A stretch of DNA of 64,000 nt, from the NCBI GenBank assembly GCA_902566705.1, contig CACFJT010000005.1, positions 529 through 64,528 of the forward strand, given 5' to 3'. Positions within the stretch are counted from its first letter, which is position 1; every line of letters starts with the position of its first letter. The notes under the pieces are model-generated. The model ran no database searches and was not told where the DNA came from. It worked only from the letters and a program-made list of their open reading frames with translations. This DNA comes from an uncultured Pelagibacteraceae bacterium. GTDB taxonomy: Bacteria; Pseudomonadota; Alphaproteobacteria; Pelagibacterales; Pelagibacteraceae. Shown one piece after another: positions 38,146-49,102 of the stretch. A program made the position numbers and the translations under genes.

Positions 38146-38532
38146 ATGAAAATTCTTGGTATTGGTGTTGATATTGTTGAAAATAAAAGAATTCAAAAAT
38201 CTATTAAAAATCCTTTATTTAAAAAAAGAATTTATTCATTTAAAGAATTGAAACAGTCTAATGCTGTAGACAATAAAGTAGCTTTTTTTTCAAAGAGATT
38301 TGCAGCAAAAGAGGCATTTTCTAAAGCTCTTGGCACAGGTTTTCGTATGAATTTAAATTTTAAAGATATAGAAGTTGTTAATGACAAAATGGGAAAGCCT
38401 TATTATGTTAAAAATAAAAAAATTACAAAAATCGTTCAAAAGAACTTTAAAATCAAAAAATTTAAATTTTTTTTATCAATTTCAGATGAAAAAAATTATT
38501 CAACAGCATTCGCAATTATTCAAACATCATGA
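38146..38532 (+). CDS. acpS: Holo-ACP synthase
   Basis: GIGVDIV, RFAAKEAFSKALGTG. Confidence 0.95.
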   Translation: MKILGIGVDIVENKRIQKSIKNPLFKKRIYSFKELKQSNAVDNKVAFFSKRFAAKEAFSKALGTGFRMNLNFKDIEVVNDKMGKPYYVKNKKITKIVQKNFKIKKFKFFLSISDEKNYSTAFAIIQTS

Positions 38533-39266
38533 AATTAGATAAAAATTTTTTTTCAGAAAATATAAAAACCTTAATTTATGCGTTAATAATTGCAGTTATA
38601 ATTAGATCGCTTTTAGTACAACCATTTTATATTCCATCATCATCCATGGAACCTACTTTATTAGTAGGTGATAGGTTGTTTGTAACAAAATATACTTATG
38701 GATATAGCAAACACTCATTTCCTTTTAGTCCTCCAATATTAAACAAAAGAATAATGTTTAGTAGCCCTGCAAGAGGTGATGTAATTGTATTTAAAACACC
38801 AGCAGATAATCGAACAGATTATATTAAAAGATTAATTGGTTTACCTGGTGATAAAATTCAATTTATAGACTCTAATTTATATTTAAATAATTCTGAAATT
38901 CTTAAATCTAAAATTACTAACAAAACTACAATTTTCTGTGGTGATAAAAATATTGATGTTCATAGATTTGAGGAAAAACTTTCGAATGGTAAAAAATTTC
39001 ATACTGTTTATTTAAAAGATTATACCTATCAAAATTCCGATGTGTTTACTGTACCAAAAGATCATTATTTCTTTTTAGGTGACAATAGAGATTGTTCTAA
39101 AGATAGCAGGTACTTAACAAGTGTTGGATACGTACATAGAGATAATTTAGTAGGAAAAGCTCAATTTATATTTTTCTCCTCAGATAAAAGAATAGGAAGT
39201 TTTATTGAATTTTGGAAATGGCATAAGTCAATAAGATTTAACAGAACCTTTAATAAAATTAATTAA
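38529..39266 (+). CDS. lepB: Signal peptidase I
   Basis: IPSSSMEPTL, YIKRLIGLPGD, GDNRDCSKDSR. Confidence 0.95.
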   Translation: MKLDKNFFSENIKTLIYALIIAVIIRSLLVQPFYIPSSSMEPTLLVGDRLFVTKYTYGYSKHSFPFSPPILNKRIMFSSPARGDVIVFKTPADNRTDYIKRLIGLPGDKIQFIDSNLYLNNSEILKSKITNKTTIFCGDKNIDVHRFEEKLSNGKKFHTVYLKDYTYQNSDVFTVPKDHYFFLGDNRDCSKDSRYLTSVGYVHRDNLVGKAQFIFFSSDKRIGSFIEFWKWHKSIRFNRTFNKIN

Positions 39267-39934
39267 TGAAAATTAACCATCAGAGTTTAGAAAAAAAAAT
39301 TGATATAAAATTTAAAAATAAAGATCTACTTATCCAAGCTCTTACACATAAAAGTTTTAACCCAAATGAAAATAACGAAAAGATAGAGTTTCTTGGTGAT
39401 AGAGTTCTTGGTTTAGTGATAGCAAAAAAACTTTTAGAAATTTATCCACAAGAAAAAGAAGGTATTCTCGATAAAAAATTTGCATCGTTGGTTAATAAAA
39501 AAACGTGTCTTGATATAGCAAAAAAAATCAATTTAGCTAGTTATGTTAAAACATTTAATCCCAACAATAAAAAAATAAAAATTGAGGACAAAATTATATC
39601 TGATAGCTGTGAGGCATTAATTGGTGCTATTTATCTTGATAAAGGTTTTACAATTGTTGAAAAAACAATTTTAAACTTATGGAAAGATCATATTGAAAAA
39701 AGTGTAGTTACAGAAATAGATGCAAAAACTAAGTTACAGGAACTAACATTAAAAAACTTTAAAAAATTACCTACTTATAAATTAATTTCAAATATAGGTC
39801 CAAGACATAAACCTATATTCAAAGTTGGAGTAAAATTACCCAACACAAAATATTTTATAGCCACTGGAAAATCAAAGAAAGAAGCTGAACAAAATGCTGC
39901 TATGGAATGTTTAAAAAATATGAATAAAAAATGA
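39266..39934 (+). CDS. rnc: Ribonuclease III
   Basis: ALTHKS, EFLGDRVL, EALIGAIYLD, dsRBD. Confidence 0.95.
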   Translation: MKINHQSLEKKIDIKFKNKDLLIQALTHKSFNPNENNEKIEFLGDRVLGLVIAKKLLEIYPQEKEGILDKKFASLVNKKTCLDIAKKINLASYVKTFNPNNKKIKIEDKIISDSCEALIGAIYLDKGFTIVEKTILNLWKDHIEKSVVTEIDAKTKLQELTLKNFKKLPTYKLISNIGPRHKPIFKVGVKLPNTKYFIATGKSKKEAEQNAAMECLKNMNKK

Positions 39935-40611
39935 ATTGGTCAAACGAAGGATTTTTAATAAGCAAAACAAGATATAATGAAAATTCATTAATTGCTGAAT
40001 TATTTACAAAGGACAAAGGGAAGATATCTGGAATTATATTTGGTGGCACTTCAAAAAAAATTAAAAATTATCTTCAGGTTGGTAACAAACTTCATGTTAA
40101 TTACAATTCTAAAAATGAAAACAGAATAGGTTATTTTAAAATTGAAATTTTAAATGCCTATACTCCTTTATATTTTGATCACAAACAAAAGTTATCTTGT
40201 ATTACATCTGCTATGAACTTAATTAAAATATTAACTGCAGAGTCCCAATCTAATGATAAAGTTTATTTTATAATTCAAAATTTATTTTTAATATTAAAAG
40301 AAAAAGATTGGTTAAAAAAATATATATTTTGGGAATTAGAATTATTCAAAATATTAGGATATGATTTAGCACTTGAAAATTTAGTTGAAAAAAACTTAGA
40401 AGGCAACAAAACAATTTATTATGTAAGCTCTTCAAATGAAAAAAAATATATACCTAACTTTTTGATTGAAAAAGATACAGAAGTTCACGATTTAGGTACT
40501 TTATTAAACGGTTTGAAATTAGTTGGGGATTATTTAGATAAAACTATATTAAGACCTAATAATTTAAACTATCCAAATAGCAGGTTGTTGTTCTTAAATA
40601 CGTTAAAATAA
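39931..40611 (+). CDS. recO: DNA repair protein RecO
   Basis: MNWSNEGFLI...YNENSLIAELFT; position after rnc. Confidence 0.85.
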   Translation: MNWSNEGFLISKTRYNENSLIAELFTKDKGKISGIIFGGTSKKIKNYLQVGNKLHVNYNSKNENRIGYFKIEILNAYTPLYFDHKQKLSCITSAMNLIKILTAESQSNDKVYFIIQNLFLILKEKDWLKKYIFWELELFKILGYDLALENLVEKNLEGNKTIYYVSSSNEKKYIPNFLIEKDTEVHDLGTLLNGLKLVGDYLDKTILRPNNLNYPNSRLLFLNTLK

Positions 40612-41601
40612 TCATTTAATTATTTTATCAATTCTATCAGCATAATAACTCACTATAGCATTTGCACCAGCTCTTTTAAAAGCAACTAAACTTTCATATA
40701 TGGCGTCCTTACTAATTAATTTTTTTGTTATGGCTGTTTCGATCAAACTATATTCTCCTGATACTTGATAAGCAAACACAGGTAATTTAAATTTATCTTT
40801 TATAGACTTTATAATATCTAAGTAGGGCATACCTGGTTTAACCATTACCATATCAGCACCTTCTTTAATATCTAATGCAACCTCTCTTAAAGCTTCATCA
40901 GAATTCCTATAATCCATCTGATAAGTTTTCTTGTCTCCTTTTAAAGAACCTTTAGATCCAACAGCATCCCTAAAAGGTCCATAGAAGCTTGAAGCATATT
41001 TTACGGCATAAGATAATATTTGAACGTTTTGGAATTTATGTTTATCTAAAGCTTTTCTTATTTTTCCTATTCTGCCATCCATCATATCTGATGGGGCAAT
41101 TACATCACAACCCATCTCTGCTTGAAGTAATGATTGATTAATCAGTACCTCTATAGTCTCGTCGTTTAGAATAGTGTTAGATTTAATTAAACCATCATGA
41201 CCATGTGATGTGTAGGGATCCAATGCTACATCGCACATTATTCCTATTTGATTTTTGTATCTTTTTTTAATTTCTTTAATTGCTCTACAAACTAAATTTT
41301 TTTCATTAAGTGATTCTGTTCCTAATTCATTTTTATGTATATTTTGGATTTTTGGAAAAAGTGCAACCATTGGTATCTTTTTTTTTATGGCTCTATCCAC
41401 TATTTGACTCAATCGATTAATTGTATACCTGTACACACCTGGCATCGATGAAATCTTTTGCCGTTTATTTGACCCTTCAATTAAAAAAATAGGCAATATA
41501 AAGTCATTTGGACTTAAGGTATTTTCTTGAATCAGTCTTCTTGACCAAGATTCTTTTCTATTTCTTCTAAGTCTAAGACTTGGATATTTACCAATAATCA
41601 T
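40612..41601 (-). CDS. hemB: Porphobilinogen synthase
   Basis: DVALDPYTSHGHDG, PSDMMDGR, MVKPG, AYQVSGEY. Confidence 0.96.
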   Translation of the reverse strand: MIIGKYPSLRLRRNRKESWSRRLIQENTLSPNDFILPIFLIEGSNKRQKISSMPGVYRYTINRLSQIVDRAIKKKIPMVALFPKIQNIHKNELGTESLNEKNLVCRAIKEIKKRYKNQIGIMCDVALDPYTSHGHDGLIKSNTILNDETIEVLINQSLLQAEMGCDVIAPSDMMDGRIGKIRKALDKHKFQNVQILSYAVKYASSFYGPFRDAVGSKGSLKGDKKTYQMDYRNSDEALREVALDIKEGADMVMVKPGMPYLDIIKSIKDKFKLPVFAYQVSGEYSLIETAITKKLISKDAIYESLVAFKRAGANAIVSYYADRIDKIIK

Positions 41602-41674
41602 GTTTTAATTTACTTTTAAATTGCGACAAATGTAATATACACATATACAAAAAAAAAGGTAGAAAGCAATCAAG

Positions 41675-42313
41675 ATGACGTTAGAAAATTCAAAAGTAAT
41701 AGACTTAAATGTTAAAAAAGAAGATAGAGTTTTAGACTTTAGTGATTTTCAGAAACAAGAAATTAAGTTTGATATTGAAAAGTTGCAAGAAGCTTATCAT
41801 CAAATAGTTAAGATTAAAAAATTTGAAGATGCAGGTGTAACTCACTTTGGAGCGATATCATTAACTCAAATACCTGGTGATCCAGATTCTATCAAAGGTA
41901 ACAAGGCTAGAGGAGTGTATTGGACAAAACCTGATAAATCAGGAAAAGAAGTAGTAAGAGATGAGACTCTTGATGAGACATTATATTCAGAATTCATAAA
42001 AGATTATGAAAATACTTATTTCAAAGAGGTATATGATACCCTTTCATCTAGATATAAACTTGGAAGAGTAAGAATTCTTTTAAAGGAGCCAAGATCAACG
42101 TTAAGTTGGCATAGAGATCCTGAGCCGAGATTACATATACCTTTAATTACTAATCCAGGCTGCATCATGGTTATTGATAATGTTGCAAAGCATATGCCTG
42201 CTGATGGTTCTGTTTGGATTACAAATAACACCAAATATCACAATGCATTTAATGGTGGTGAAGAAAATAGAATACATTTAGTTGCTTGTGTTTTAGATTA
42301 CAAATTTAATTAA
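41675..42313 (+). CDS. Aspartyl/asparaginyl beta-hydroxylase-like 2OG-Fe(II) oxygenase
   Basis: WHRD, RLHIPLITN, HNAFNGG, RIHLV. Confidence 0.75.
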   Translation: MTLENSKVIDLNVKKEDRVLDFSDFQKQEIKFDIEKLQEAYHQIVKIKKFEDAGVTHFGAISLTQIPGDPDSIKGNKARGVYWTKPDKSGKEVVRDETLDETLYSEFIKDYENTYFKEVYDTLSSRYKLGRVRILLKEPRSTLSWHRDPEPRLHIPLITNPGCIMVIDNVAKHMPADGSVWITNNTKYHNAFNGGEENRIHLVACVLDYKFN

Positions 42314-42314
42314 T

Positions 42315-42740
42315 TTGAGAAAAATATTTATTTCATCAGATCACGCTGGATTTAAATTAAAAGAGTCAATCAAAGATTATTTAAAAAATAAAAAAGTAAA
42401 ATTTGAGGACCTTGGTCCAAATGATGATAGTAGTGTTGATTATCCTGACTATGCACATAAAGTTGCAAAAAAAGTCAAACTTAATAAGAGAAATGTTGGG
42501 ATTTTAGTGTGTGGATCTGGGACTGGTATGAATATTGCGGCAAATAAGCATAAAAATGTACGTGCAGCGCAATGTTTTAATCTAAAATCAACAAAATTAT
42601 CCAGATTGCATAATGATGCAAACATCATTACATTAGGTTCAAGATTGATATCCAAAAAAAATGCTTTAAAGTTTATAAGTGTTTTTTTAAATACTAATTT
42701 TGATGGTGGAAGACACTTAAAAAGAGTTAAAAAAATATAA
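42315..42740 (+). CDS. rpiB: Ribose-5-phosphate isomerase B
   Basis: SDHAG, DYPD, CGSGTGM, HNDAN. Confidence 0.93.
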   Translation: MRKIFISSDHAGFKLKESIKDYLKNKKVKFEDLGPNDDSSVDYPDYAHKVAKKVKLNKRNVGILVCGSGTGMNIAANKHKNVRAAQCFNLKSTKLSRLHNDANIITLGSRLISKKNALKFISVFLNTNFDGGRHLKRVKKI

Positions 42741-42742
42741 TT

Positions 42743-44050
42743 ATGTCTAGTGAAAAAAATTATTTGAATGACAGCTATAAAAGTTTCTTTGAAGATAGTT
42801 TATCAGTAAAAGATCCGGAGCTTTATAAAGCAATTAAGGATGAATTAATCAGACAGCAACAGCATATAGAGCTAATCGCTTCTGAAAATATAGTTTCTCA
42901 AGCAGTATTAGAAGCTCAAGGTTCAGTTTTAACAAATAAATATGCCGAAGGTTATCCTGGAAAAAGATACTATAACGGTTGTGAACATGTTGATGTAGCC
43001 GAAAACCTTGCCATTGAAAGGTTAAAAAAATTATTTAATTGTAAATTTGCAAATGCACAACCGCACTCAGGTGCTCAAGCAAATGGTGCAGTATTTTTAG
43101 CTTTGTTAAGCCCAGGTGATACGTTTATGGGAATGAGCTTAAATTCAGGTGGTCACATAACTCATGGATTAAAAATCTCAATGTCTGGTAAGTGGTTTAA
43201 TGCAATTGGTTATGATGTTGATAAGAAATCTGAACTAATTGATTATGACAATGTTGAAAAGCTTGCTTTAGAACATAAGCCTAAACTCATAATAGCTGGT
43301 GGAAGCGCTTATTCTAGAGTAATTGATTTTAAAAGATTTAGAGAAATAGCGGATAAAGTTGGCGCATATCTGATGGTTGATATGGCACACTTCTCAGGTT
43401 TAGTAGCAGGTAAAGGTTATCCTAATCCTTGTGATTATGCACATGTTGTTACCTCAACTACACACAAAGTATTTAGAAGTGCTAGAGGAGGTATAATTTT
43501 AACCAATCACGAAGATCTTGCTAAAAAATTTAATACAGCAGTCTTTCCTGGTTACCAGGGAGGACCTTTGATGCATATCATTGCAGCTAAGGCAGCTGGA
43601 TTCATGGAGGCCTTACAGCCAGAATTTCAAGATTATATTAAATCTGTTTTAGCAAATGCTAAGATACTTGCAGAAACTTTAAAAAATAATGGATTTAAAA
43701 TTTATTCAGATGGTACAGATACACATTTGATGTTAGTAGATTTAAGGCCTTATAATGTAAAAGGTAATCTCGCAGCCGAGAGTTTATCAAGAGCAAATAT
43801 TACATGTAATAAAAATGGTATCCCTTTTGATACAGAAAAACCTATGATTACATCTGGTATTAGATTAGGAACACAGGCTGCTACAACACGTGGTTTTGGA
43901 TTAAGTGAATTTAAAGCTGTTGGTGAGTTAATTACAAAAACATTAAAAGGTCTATCTGAAAACCCATCAGATAACAGCAAGATAGAAGAAGAAGTAAAAA
44001 ATGAAGTTATTTCTTTAACTTCGTCATTTCCGATATATAAGAACTTGTAG
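42743..44050 (+). CDS. glyA: Serine hydroxymethyltransferase
   Basis: [25 protein letters not shown]. Confidence 0.97.
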   Translation: MSSEKNYLNDSYKSFFEDSLSVKDPELYKAIKDELIRQQQHIELIASENIVSQAVLEAQGSVLTNKYAEGYPGKRYYNGCEHVDVAENLAIERLKKLFNCKFANAQPHSGAQANGAVFLALLSPGDTFMGMSLNSGGHITHGLKISMSGKWFNAIGYDVDKKSELIDYDNVEKLALEHKPKLIIAGGSAYSRVIDFKRFREIADKVGAYLMVDMAHFSGLVAGKGYPNPCDYAHVVTSTTHKVFRSARGGIILTNHEDLAKKFNTAVFPGYQGGPLMHIIAAKAAGFMEALQPEFQDYIKSVLANAKILAETLKNNGFKIYSDGTDTHLMLVDLRPYNVKGNLAAESLSRANITCNKNGIPFDTEKPMITSGIRLGTQAATTRGFGLSEFKAVGELITKTLKGLSENPSDNSKIEEEVKNEVISLTSSFPIYKNL

Positions 44051-44053
44051 TAA

Positions 44054-44512
44054 ATGATTTGTTCAATATGTAAAAAAGGGGAGACATCCGTTGTCGACTC
44101 TAGACCAACAGAAGATGGTACGGCTATAAGAAGACGAAGACTTTGTGTTTGTGGAGCTCGTTTTACAACTTTTGAAAGAGTTCAATTTAGAGAATTGATG
44201 GTAGTTAAAAAAAATGGGAGAAAATCTACATTCGATAGAGATAAACTATCCAAATCTATTTATATTGCTCTTAAAAAAAGACCCATTGATACAGAAACAA
44301 TAGAAAAATTTATTAGTAATATTTCAAGATCTTTGGAAGAACTTGGTCAAAGTGAAATATCTACTAATACAATTGGAACTATGGTTATGGACGGTTTAAA
44401 AGATTTAGATCCAGTTGGATATGTAAGATTTGCATCTGTATATAGAAACTTTAGAGAAGAAAAAGATTTTGTACAATTCGTGGACAAGCTTGATGTCTAC
44501 AAAAAAAGATAA
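44054..44512 (+). CDS. nrdR: Transcriptional repressor NrdR
   Basis: CxxC, VVDSR, IRRRR, RFTTFE, ATP cone, YVRFASVY. Confidence 0.95.
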   Translation: MICSICKKGETSVVDSRPTEDGTAIRRRRLCVCGARFTTFERVQFRELMVVKKNGRKSTFDRDKLSKSIYIALKKRPIDTETIEKFISNISRSLEELGQSEISTNTIGTMVMDGLKDLDPVGYVRFASVYRNFREEKDFVQFVDKLDVYKKR

Positions 44513-45596
44513 ATTTACATCAAAAGATAAATTTTACATGGAATTAGCCCTGGACTTGGCTAAATCTCGTCATGGACAGACCGGATCAAATCCTTCTGTA
44601 GGTTGTGTTATTGTCAAAAATGATAAAATTATTTCCATAGGACAAACCTCTTTTAATGGAAGACCACACGCTGAATTTAATGCGATTAAAAATAGTTTTG
44701 AAGGATTAGAAGGTTCTAAAATGTATGTTACTTTAGAACCATGTTGTCATCATGGATTAACTCCACCATGTACTGATGCAATAATAAAATCAAAAATTTC
44801 AGAAGTTATATATGCTGTTACCGATATAGATAAAAGAGTAAGAAATAAAAGTTTTAAAATTTTAAAGTCAAAAAAAATAATAGTAAAAAAAGGTTTATTA
44901 AAAAGCAAAATTGAAAGTTTCTATTTACCATATTTTTTTAATAAAAAGAGAAAATTACCCTTCGTTACTGGCAAAATAGCTATTTCAAAAAATAATATTA
45001 TTTACAGTAAGAACCAGAAAAAGATTACAAATTTTTATTCAGATCAGTTTACACACATGTTGAGATATCAAAATGACAGTTTGATGATTACTCACAAAAC
45101 CCTAAATAAAGATAATCCAAAATTAAATTGTCGTTTGAAGGGTTTTGAAAAATTTTCTCCAAAAAGAATTATTTTAGATAACAAGTTAAATTCTAAAATA
45201 AACAGTTATATAATTAAATCCTCTAATAACAAAAATACCTTAATTTTTTATAATAAAGCTGACAAGTCAAAAATTTTAAAATTTAAAAGAAAAGGAATTC
45301 ATTTAATTAAATCACGAATTGATCGAAATAACAGATTTGACATTAAATTAATTTTGAAAAAATTACATAATCATGGATGCAGAAATTTACTAATTGAAGG
45401 AGGAGATAAATTAACAAATTCACTGATTAAGAATAAAATATTTAATAAATTTTATTTATATAAAAGTCCAAAAAACCTTTCTAAAAACTTTGAATATTTG
45501 AAATTTAGCAGTCAAAATATATTAAATCAAAAATATAAAACAAAAATTAATCTAAATCTCAATTTACGAAAAGACAGAATAACACTATATAGTTAG
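44493..45596 (+). CDS. ribD: Riboflavin biosynthesis deaminase/reductase RibD
   Basis: [25 protein letters not shown]; start ATG 44493. Confidence 0.93.
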   Translation: MSTKKDKFTSKDKFYMELALDLAKSRHGQTGSNPSVGCVIVKNDKIISIGQTSFNGRPHAEFNAIKNSFEGLEGSKMYVTLEPCCHHGLTPPCTDAIIKSKISEVIYAVTDIDKRVRNKSFKILKSKKIIVKKGLLKSKIESFYLPYFFNKKRKLPFVTGKIAISKNNIIYSKNQKKITNFYSDQFTHMLRYQNDSLMITHKTLNKDNPKLNCRLKGFEKFSPKRIILDNKLNSKINSYIIKSSNNKNTLIFYNKADKSKILKFKRKGIHLIKSRIDRNNRFDIKLILKKLHNHGCRNLLIEGGDKLTNSLIKNKIFNKFYLYKSPKNLSKNFEYLKFSSQNILNQKYKTKINLNLNLRKDRITLYS

Positions 45597-45601
45597 AAAA
45601 A

Positions 45602-46195
45602 ATGTTTAACGGAATAATTTATAACCAAGGTACTATTACTAAAATTGTTAAAAGACCTAAAGGTCTTAACATTTTTGTTAAAAGTAATGTTAAAGTATCC
45701 AATAAAGACATAGGTTTGTCTGTTGCTTGTGATGGTGTTTGTCTAACTTTAATTTCATATAAATCCAAAATTATGGAATTTTATCTTTCGAAAGAAACGA
45801 TAATTCGATCAAAATTTAAATTTTTAAAAATAAAAGATAAAATAAACTTAGAATTACCTTTAAAATATGGGACAAAAATTTCAGGACATATTTGTCAAGG
45901 ACATGTTGATACTGTTGGTAAAGTATTAAGTATTAAAAAAATAGATAAATCATTTCTTTTTGACTTTGATTTACCTAAAAAGGAAAGAAAACACTTAATA
46001 GAAAAAGCGTCAATCTGTGTGAATGGTATTTCTCTTACAATTTCAAAAGTGACTAAAAAAGGTTTCCAAATTTGGATTATCCCTCACACTTACAAAGAAA
46101 CGAATTTATCAACCTTAAATAAATCTAGTTTAGTCAACATAGAGATAGATATCTTGTCTAAATACGTTAGGAACTATTTTAATGGGAAAAAATAA
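45602..46195 (+). CDS. ribE: Riboflavin synthase alpha chain
   Basis: MFNGII, DGVCLT, GHICQGHVD, NGISLT. Confidence 0.93.
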   Translation: MFNGIIYNQGTITKIVKRPKGLNIFVKSNVKVSNKDIGLSVACDGVCLTLISYKSKIMEFYLSKETIIRSKFKFLKIKDKINLELPLKYGTKISGHICQGHVDTVGKVLSIKKIDKSFLFDFDLPKKERKHLIEKASICVNGISLTISKVTKKGFQIWIIPHTYKETNLSTLNKSSLVNIEIDILSKYVRNYFNGKK

Positions 46196-47282
46196 CTTTA
46201 CCTCAATAGAGTCAATTATAAGCGTAGCCAAAAAAGGTGGTATGTTTATTTTAGTAGACGATGAAAAAAGAGAAAATGAAGGAGATTTAGTTATTTCAAC
46301 ATCAGACTCAAATGCAAAGAACATTAACTTCATGGCAAAATACGGGAGAGGTTTAATTTGTTTAGCACTTGATTCACTTCAAGCAAAAAGATTAAATTTA
46401 TCTTTAATGTCTCCAGTAAATCAATCAAGAAACAAGACGGCATTTACAATTTCTATTGAAGCAAAAAAAGGAATAACAACAGGTATATCTGCTAAAGATA
46501 GAGCGAAAACAATCAAAATTGCTTCAAAAAAAAATGTAAATAAAAATGAGATTGTTTCACCTGGTCACGTGTTTCCAATTATAGCTAAAGATGGTGGAGT
46601 GCTTGTTAGAGCAGGGCATACTGAAGCGTCAGTTGATATATCTAAATTAGCAAAAAAAAATAACTCTGCTGTAATTTGTGAAATTATGAATGAAGATGGA
46701 ACAATGGCTAAAGGGCAGGATTTATTCAATTTTGCAAAAATACATAAATTAAAAATTGGAAAAATAGAAGATTTGATCGCCTATAGACTAAAAAAAGAAA
46801 AACTTATTAAACTTAAAAAGCAAAGCAAGATTGATGTTAAAAATCAAAAATATAATATAAGAATTTATGAGAATCTTTTAGATGGTTCAGAGCACTTCGC
46901 ATTAATAAAAGGTAAAATAAAAAAAGGTATTACTCCAAGAGTAAGAGTTATTTCATCTAATGTGGTCCAAAACTATCTAATAAATCAATCACTACCAAAT
47001 TCATTTAATAAGACTTTAAATTATTTTAAAAAATATCAAAATTGCGTTTTAGTTTTTATTAAAGACTCAAATTTAAAATCAGTAACACAGACTTTAAAAG
47101 ATTATAAAAACAAAGACTTTTATAAAAAGGGAAATGACAAGTTAATTAGAAATTATGGTATTGGAGCTCAAATTATTAAAGACTTAAAAATTAAAAACAT
47201 GATATTAATCACTAAATCGCCAAAAAAAGTTATTGGTCTTGATGGTTATGGTATAAAAATTATAAAACAGGAATTAATTTGA
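46182..47282 (+). CDS. ribB: DHBP synthase fused to a degenerate GTP cyclohydrolase II-like domain (RibBX-type)
   Basis: DDEKRENEGDL, PGHVFP, RAGHTEA; C-terminal RNYGIGAQI present but Zn-binding Cys absent. Confidence 0.9.
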   Translation: MGKNNFTSIESIISVAKKGGMFILVDDEKRENEGDLVISTSDSNAKNINFMAKYGRGLICLALDSLQAKRLNLSLMSPVNQSRNKTAFTISIEAKKGITTGISAKDRAKTIKIASKKNVNKNEIVSPGHVFPIIAKDGGVLVRAGHTEASVDISKLAKKNNSAVICEIMNEDGTMAKGQDLFNFAKIHKLKIGKIEDLIAYRLKKEKLIKLKKQSKIDVKNQKYNIRIYENLLDGSEHFALIKGKIKKGITPRVRVISSNVVQNYLINQSLPNSFNKTLNYFKKYQNCVLVFIKDSNLKSVTQTLKDYKNKDFYKKGNDKLIRNYGIGAQIIKDLKIKNMILITKSPKKVIGLDGYGIKIIKQELI

Positions 47283-47671
47283 TGAAAAAAAAATATTTAA
47301 TCGTTGTAGCAGATTATTATAAAGATATTGCTAATGGTCTAATAAGCAGTGCTTTAAAAACAATTCCAAAAAAAAATATAATAAAAATTATTAAAGTACC
47401 CGGTGCTTTTGAAATTCCAGTTACAATCTCAAAAAATTTAAAAAAATATGATGGTTTTTTAGCTTTAGGGTGTGTAATTAAAGGTCAAACGCCACACTTT
47501 GATTTTATTTCTCGAGCTTCAACAGATGCCATAATGAAATTATCTATAGATAGTAAAAAACCTATTGGAAATGGAATAATTACCTGTCTTAATATGGCTC
47601 AAGCTAGAGCAAGAAGAAAAAAAGGTGCTGAAGCTGCAGATGCTGTGATTTCAGTTTTGTCTCAAAAATGA
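47279..47671 (+). CDS. ribH: 6,7-dimethyl-8-ribityllumazine synthase
   Basis: VPGAFEIP, LGCVIKGQTPHFD. Confidence 0.94.
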   Translation: MMKKKYLIVVADYYKDIANGLISSALKTIPKKNIIKIIKVPGAFEIPVTISKNLKKYDGFLALGCVIKGQTPHFDFISRASTDAIMKLSIDSKKPIGNGIITCLNMAQARARRKKGAEAADAVISVLSQK

Positions 47672-48072
47672 GAACTCATTATAATCCAAAAAATAACCCT
47701 AGAGTTATTATTATTCAGAAATTATATGGTAAATTTTATAATGAAGATGATGATTTAGATTTTCCAAAACACAGATTTAAAAAATTTATTAAAGATATTG
47801 TTTTAGGAACGATAGAAAGAAACGATCTTATTTTAGATGAATTAAATAATAAATTAGGTGATGAATTTGTATTTGAAAAATTAGATAAAGTTTTTCAAAC
47901 AATTTTAAAAGCAGCAACTTACGAATTTATGTATAAGCCAAATTTATCTATTAATATAATTATTAAAGAATATTTAAATTCATCTAATTTTTTTCTTGAA
48001 AATTCACAAACAAAGTATCTTAACGCTTTATTAGACAACGTTGGAAAAAAATTAAGATCTAACAATGCATGA
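47668..48072 (+). CDS. nusB: Transcription antitermination factor NusB
   Basis: ILKAATYE, IIKEY, LNALLD; position after ribH. Confidence 0.85.
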   Translation: MRTHYNPKNNPRVIIIQKLYGKFYNEDDDLDFPKHRFKKFIKDIVLGTIERNDLILDELNNKLGDEFVFEKLDKVFQTILKAATYEFMYKPNLSINIIIKEYLNSSNFFLENSQTKYLNALLDNVGKKLRSNNA

Positions 48073-49024
48073 ATTTGATCTAATAAATAATTATTTTTTT
48101 AAAATAGCTAAAAAAAATAAATCTGCTCTTAACCTAAATGATGATGTTTTTTTCGATAAAAAAAGAGGTGTTGTTATATCTGTTGATACATACAATATTG
48201 GTACACATTTTTATGATTTTAAATCCCCAGATTTAGTAATTAAAAAAATATTAAGATCATCAATTTCTGATTTAATTTGCAAAGGTGTAAAACCAAAGTT
48301 TTATTTTATTTCTGGTTCTGGTAATAAAAAAACATTTACCAAAAATAATTTATATAAAATCTCAAAATCACTTAAATCAGAACAAAATAAATTTAATATT
48401 GACTTATGTGGTGGAGACACAACTTTTTCAAATAAACTGAGTTTCACAATCACTTCATTAGGATATTCGAATAAAATTATTTATCGTAATAAAGCTAAAT
48501 TAAATGATGACATTTATGTTACTGGAAATTTGGGAGATAGTTATTTAGGATTTAAATCATTAAGTAATAAAGTTAAATTTAAAAATAAAGACAAATTATT
48601 CTTTGTAGATAAATATTACAAACCAGAGTTACCTTTAAATTTAACAAAATATTTATTAAAATTTGCTAATAGCTCTATAGATGTTTCTGATGGATTAATT
48701 GATGATTTATCAAAAATGATTAATAGACAAAAATTATCATTTCACTTATTTGAAAATAAAATTCCTGTTTCCAAAAAATTGAGTAACTTGATTAAAAAAA
48801 AAAGATTAAGTAAAATTAATCTAATTTCTAATGGAGATGATTATCAGGTATTATTTACTGCAAATATCAGAAAAGCTAGAATCATTCAAAACGCATCTAA
48901 ATCAACTGGAATTAAAATAACAAAAATTGGTAAAATTGTATCTGGTAAAGATAGATCATCGATATTCAATGAAAAAGGCAAGCAAATACAAGCTAAAACT
49001 AAAGGTTATATTCATCAGTTTTAG
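48065..49024 (+). CDS. thiL: Thiamine-monophosphate kinase
   Basis: EFDLI, GTHF, SDL, GGDT, VTGNLG, DVSDGL, GDDYQ. Confidence 0.92.
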   Translation: MHEFDLINNYFFKIAKKNKSALNLNDDVFFDKKRGVVISVDTYNIGTHFYDFKSPDLVIKKILRSSISDLICKGVKPKFYFISGSGNKKTFTKNNLYKISKSLKSEQNKFNIDLCGGDTTFSNKLSFTITSLGYSNKIIYRNKAKLNDDIYVTGNLGDSYLGFKSLSNKVKFKNKDKLFFVDKYYKPELPLNLTKYLLKFANSSIDVSDGLIDDLSKMINRQKLSFHLFENKIPVSKKLSNLIKKKRLSKINLISNGDDYQVLFTANIRKARIIQNASKSTGIKITKIGKIVSGKDRSSIFNEKGKQIQAKTKGYIHQF

Positions 49025-49102
49025 AAGTTAATTATTGTCTTTTCTATCTTTTTTTGTATTGTGCGGGCTTAAAAATTTAACAACCAACAACTTAAGGTTA
49101 AC

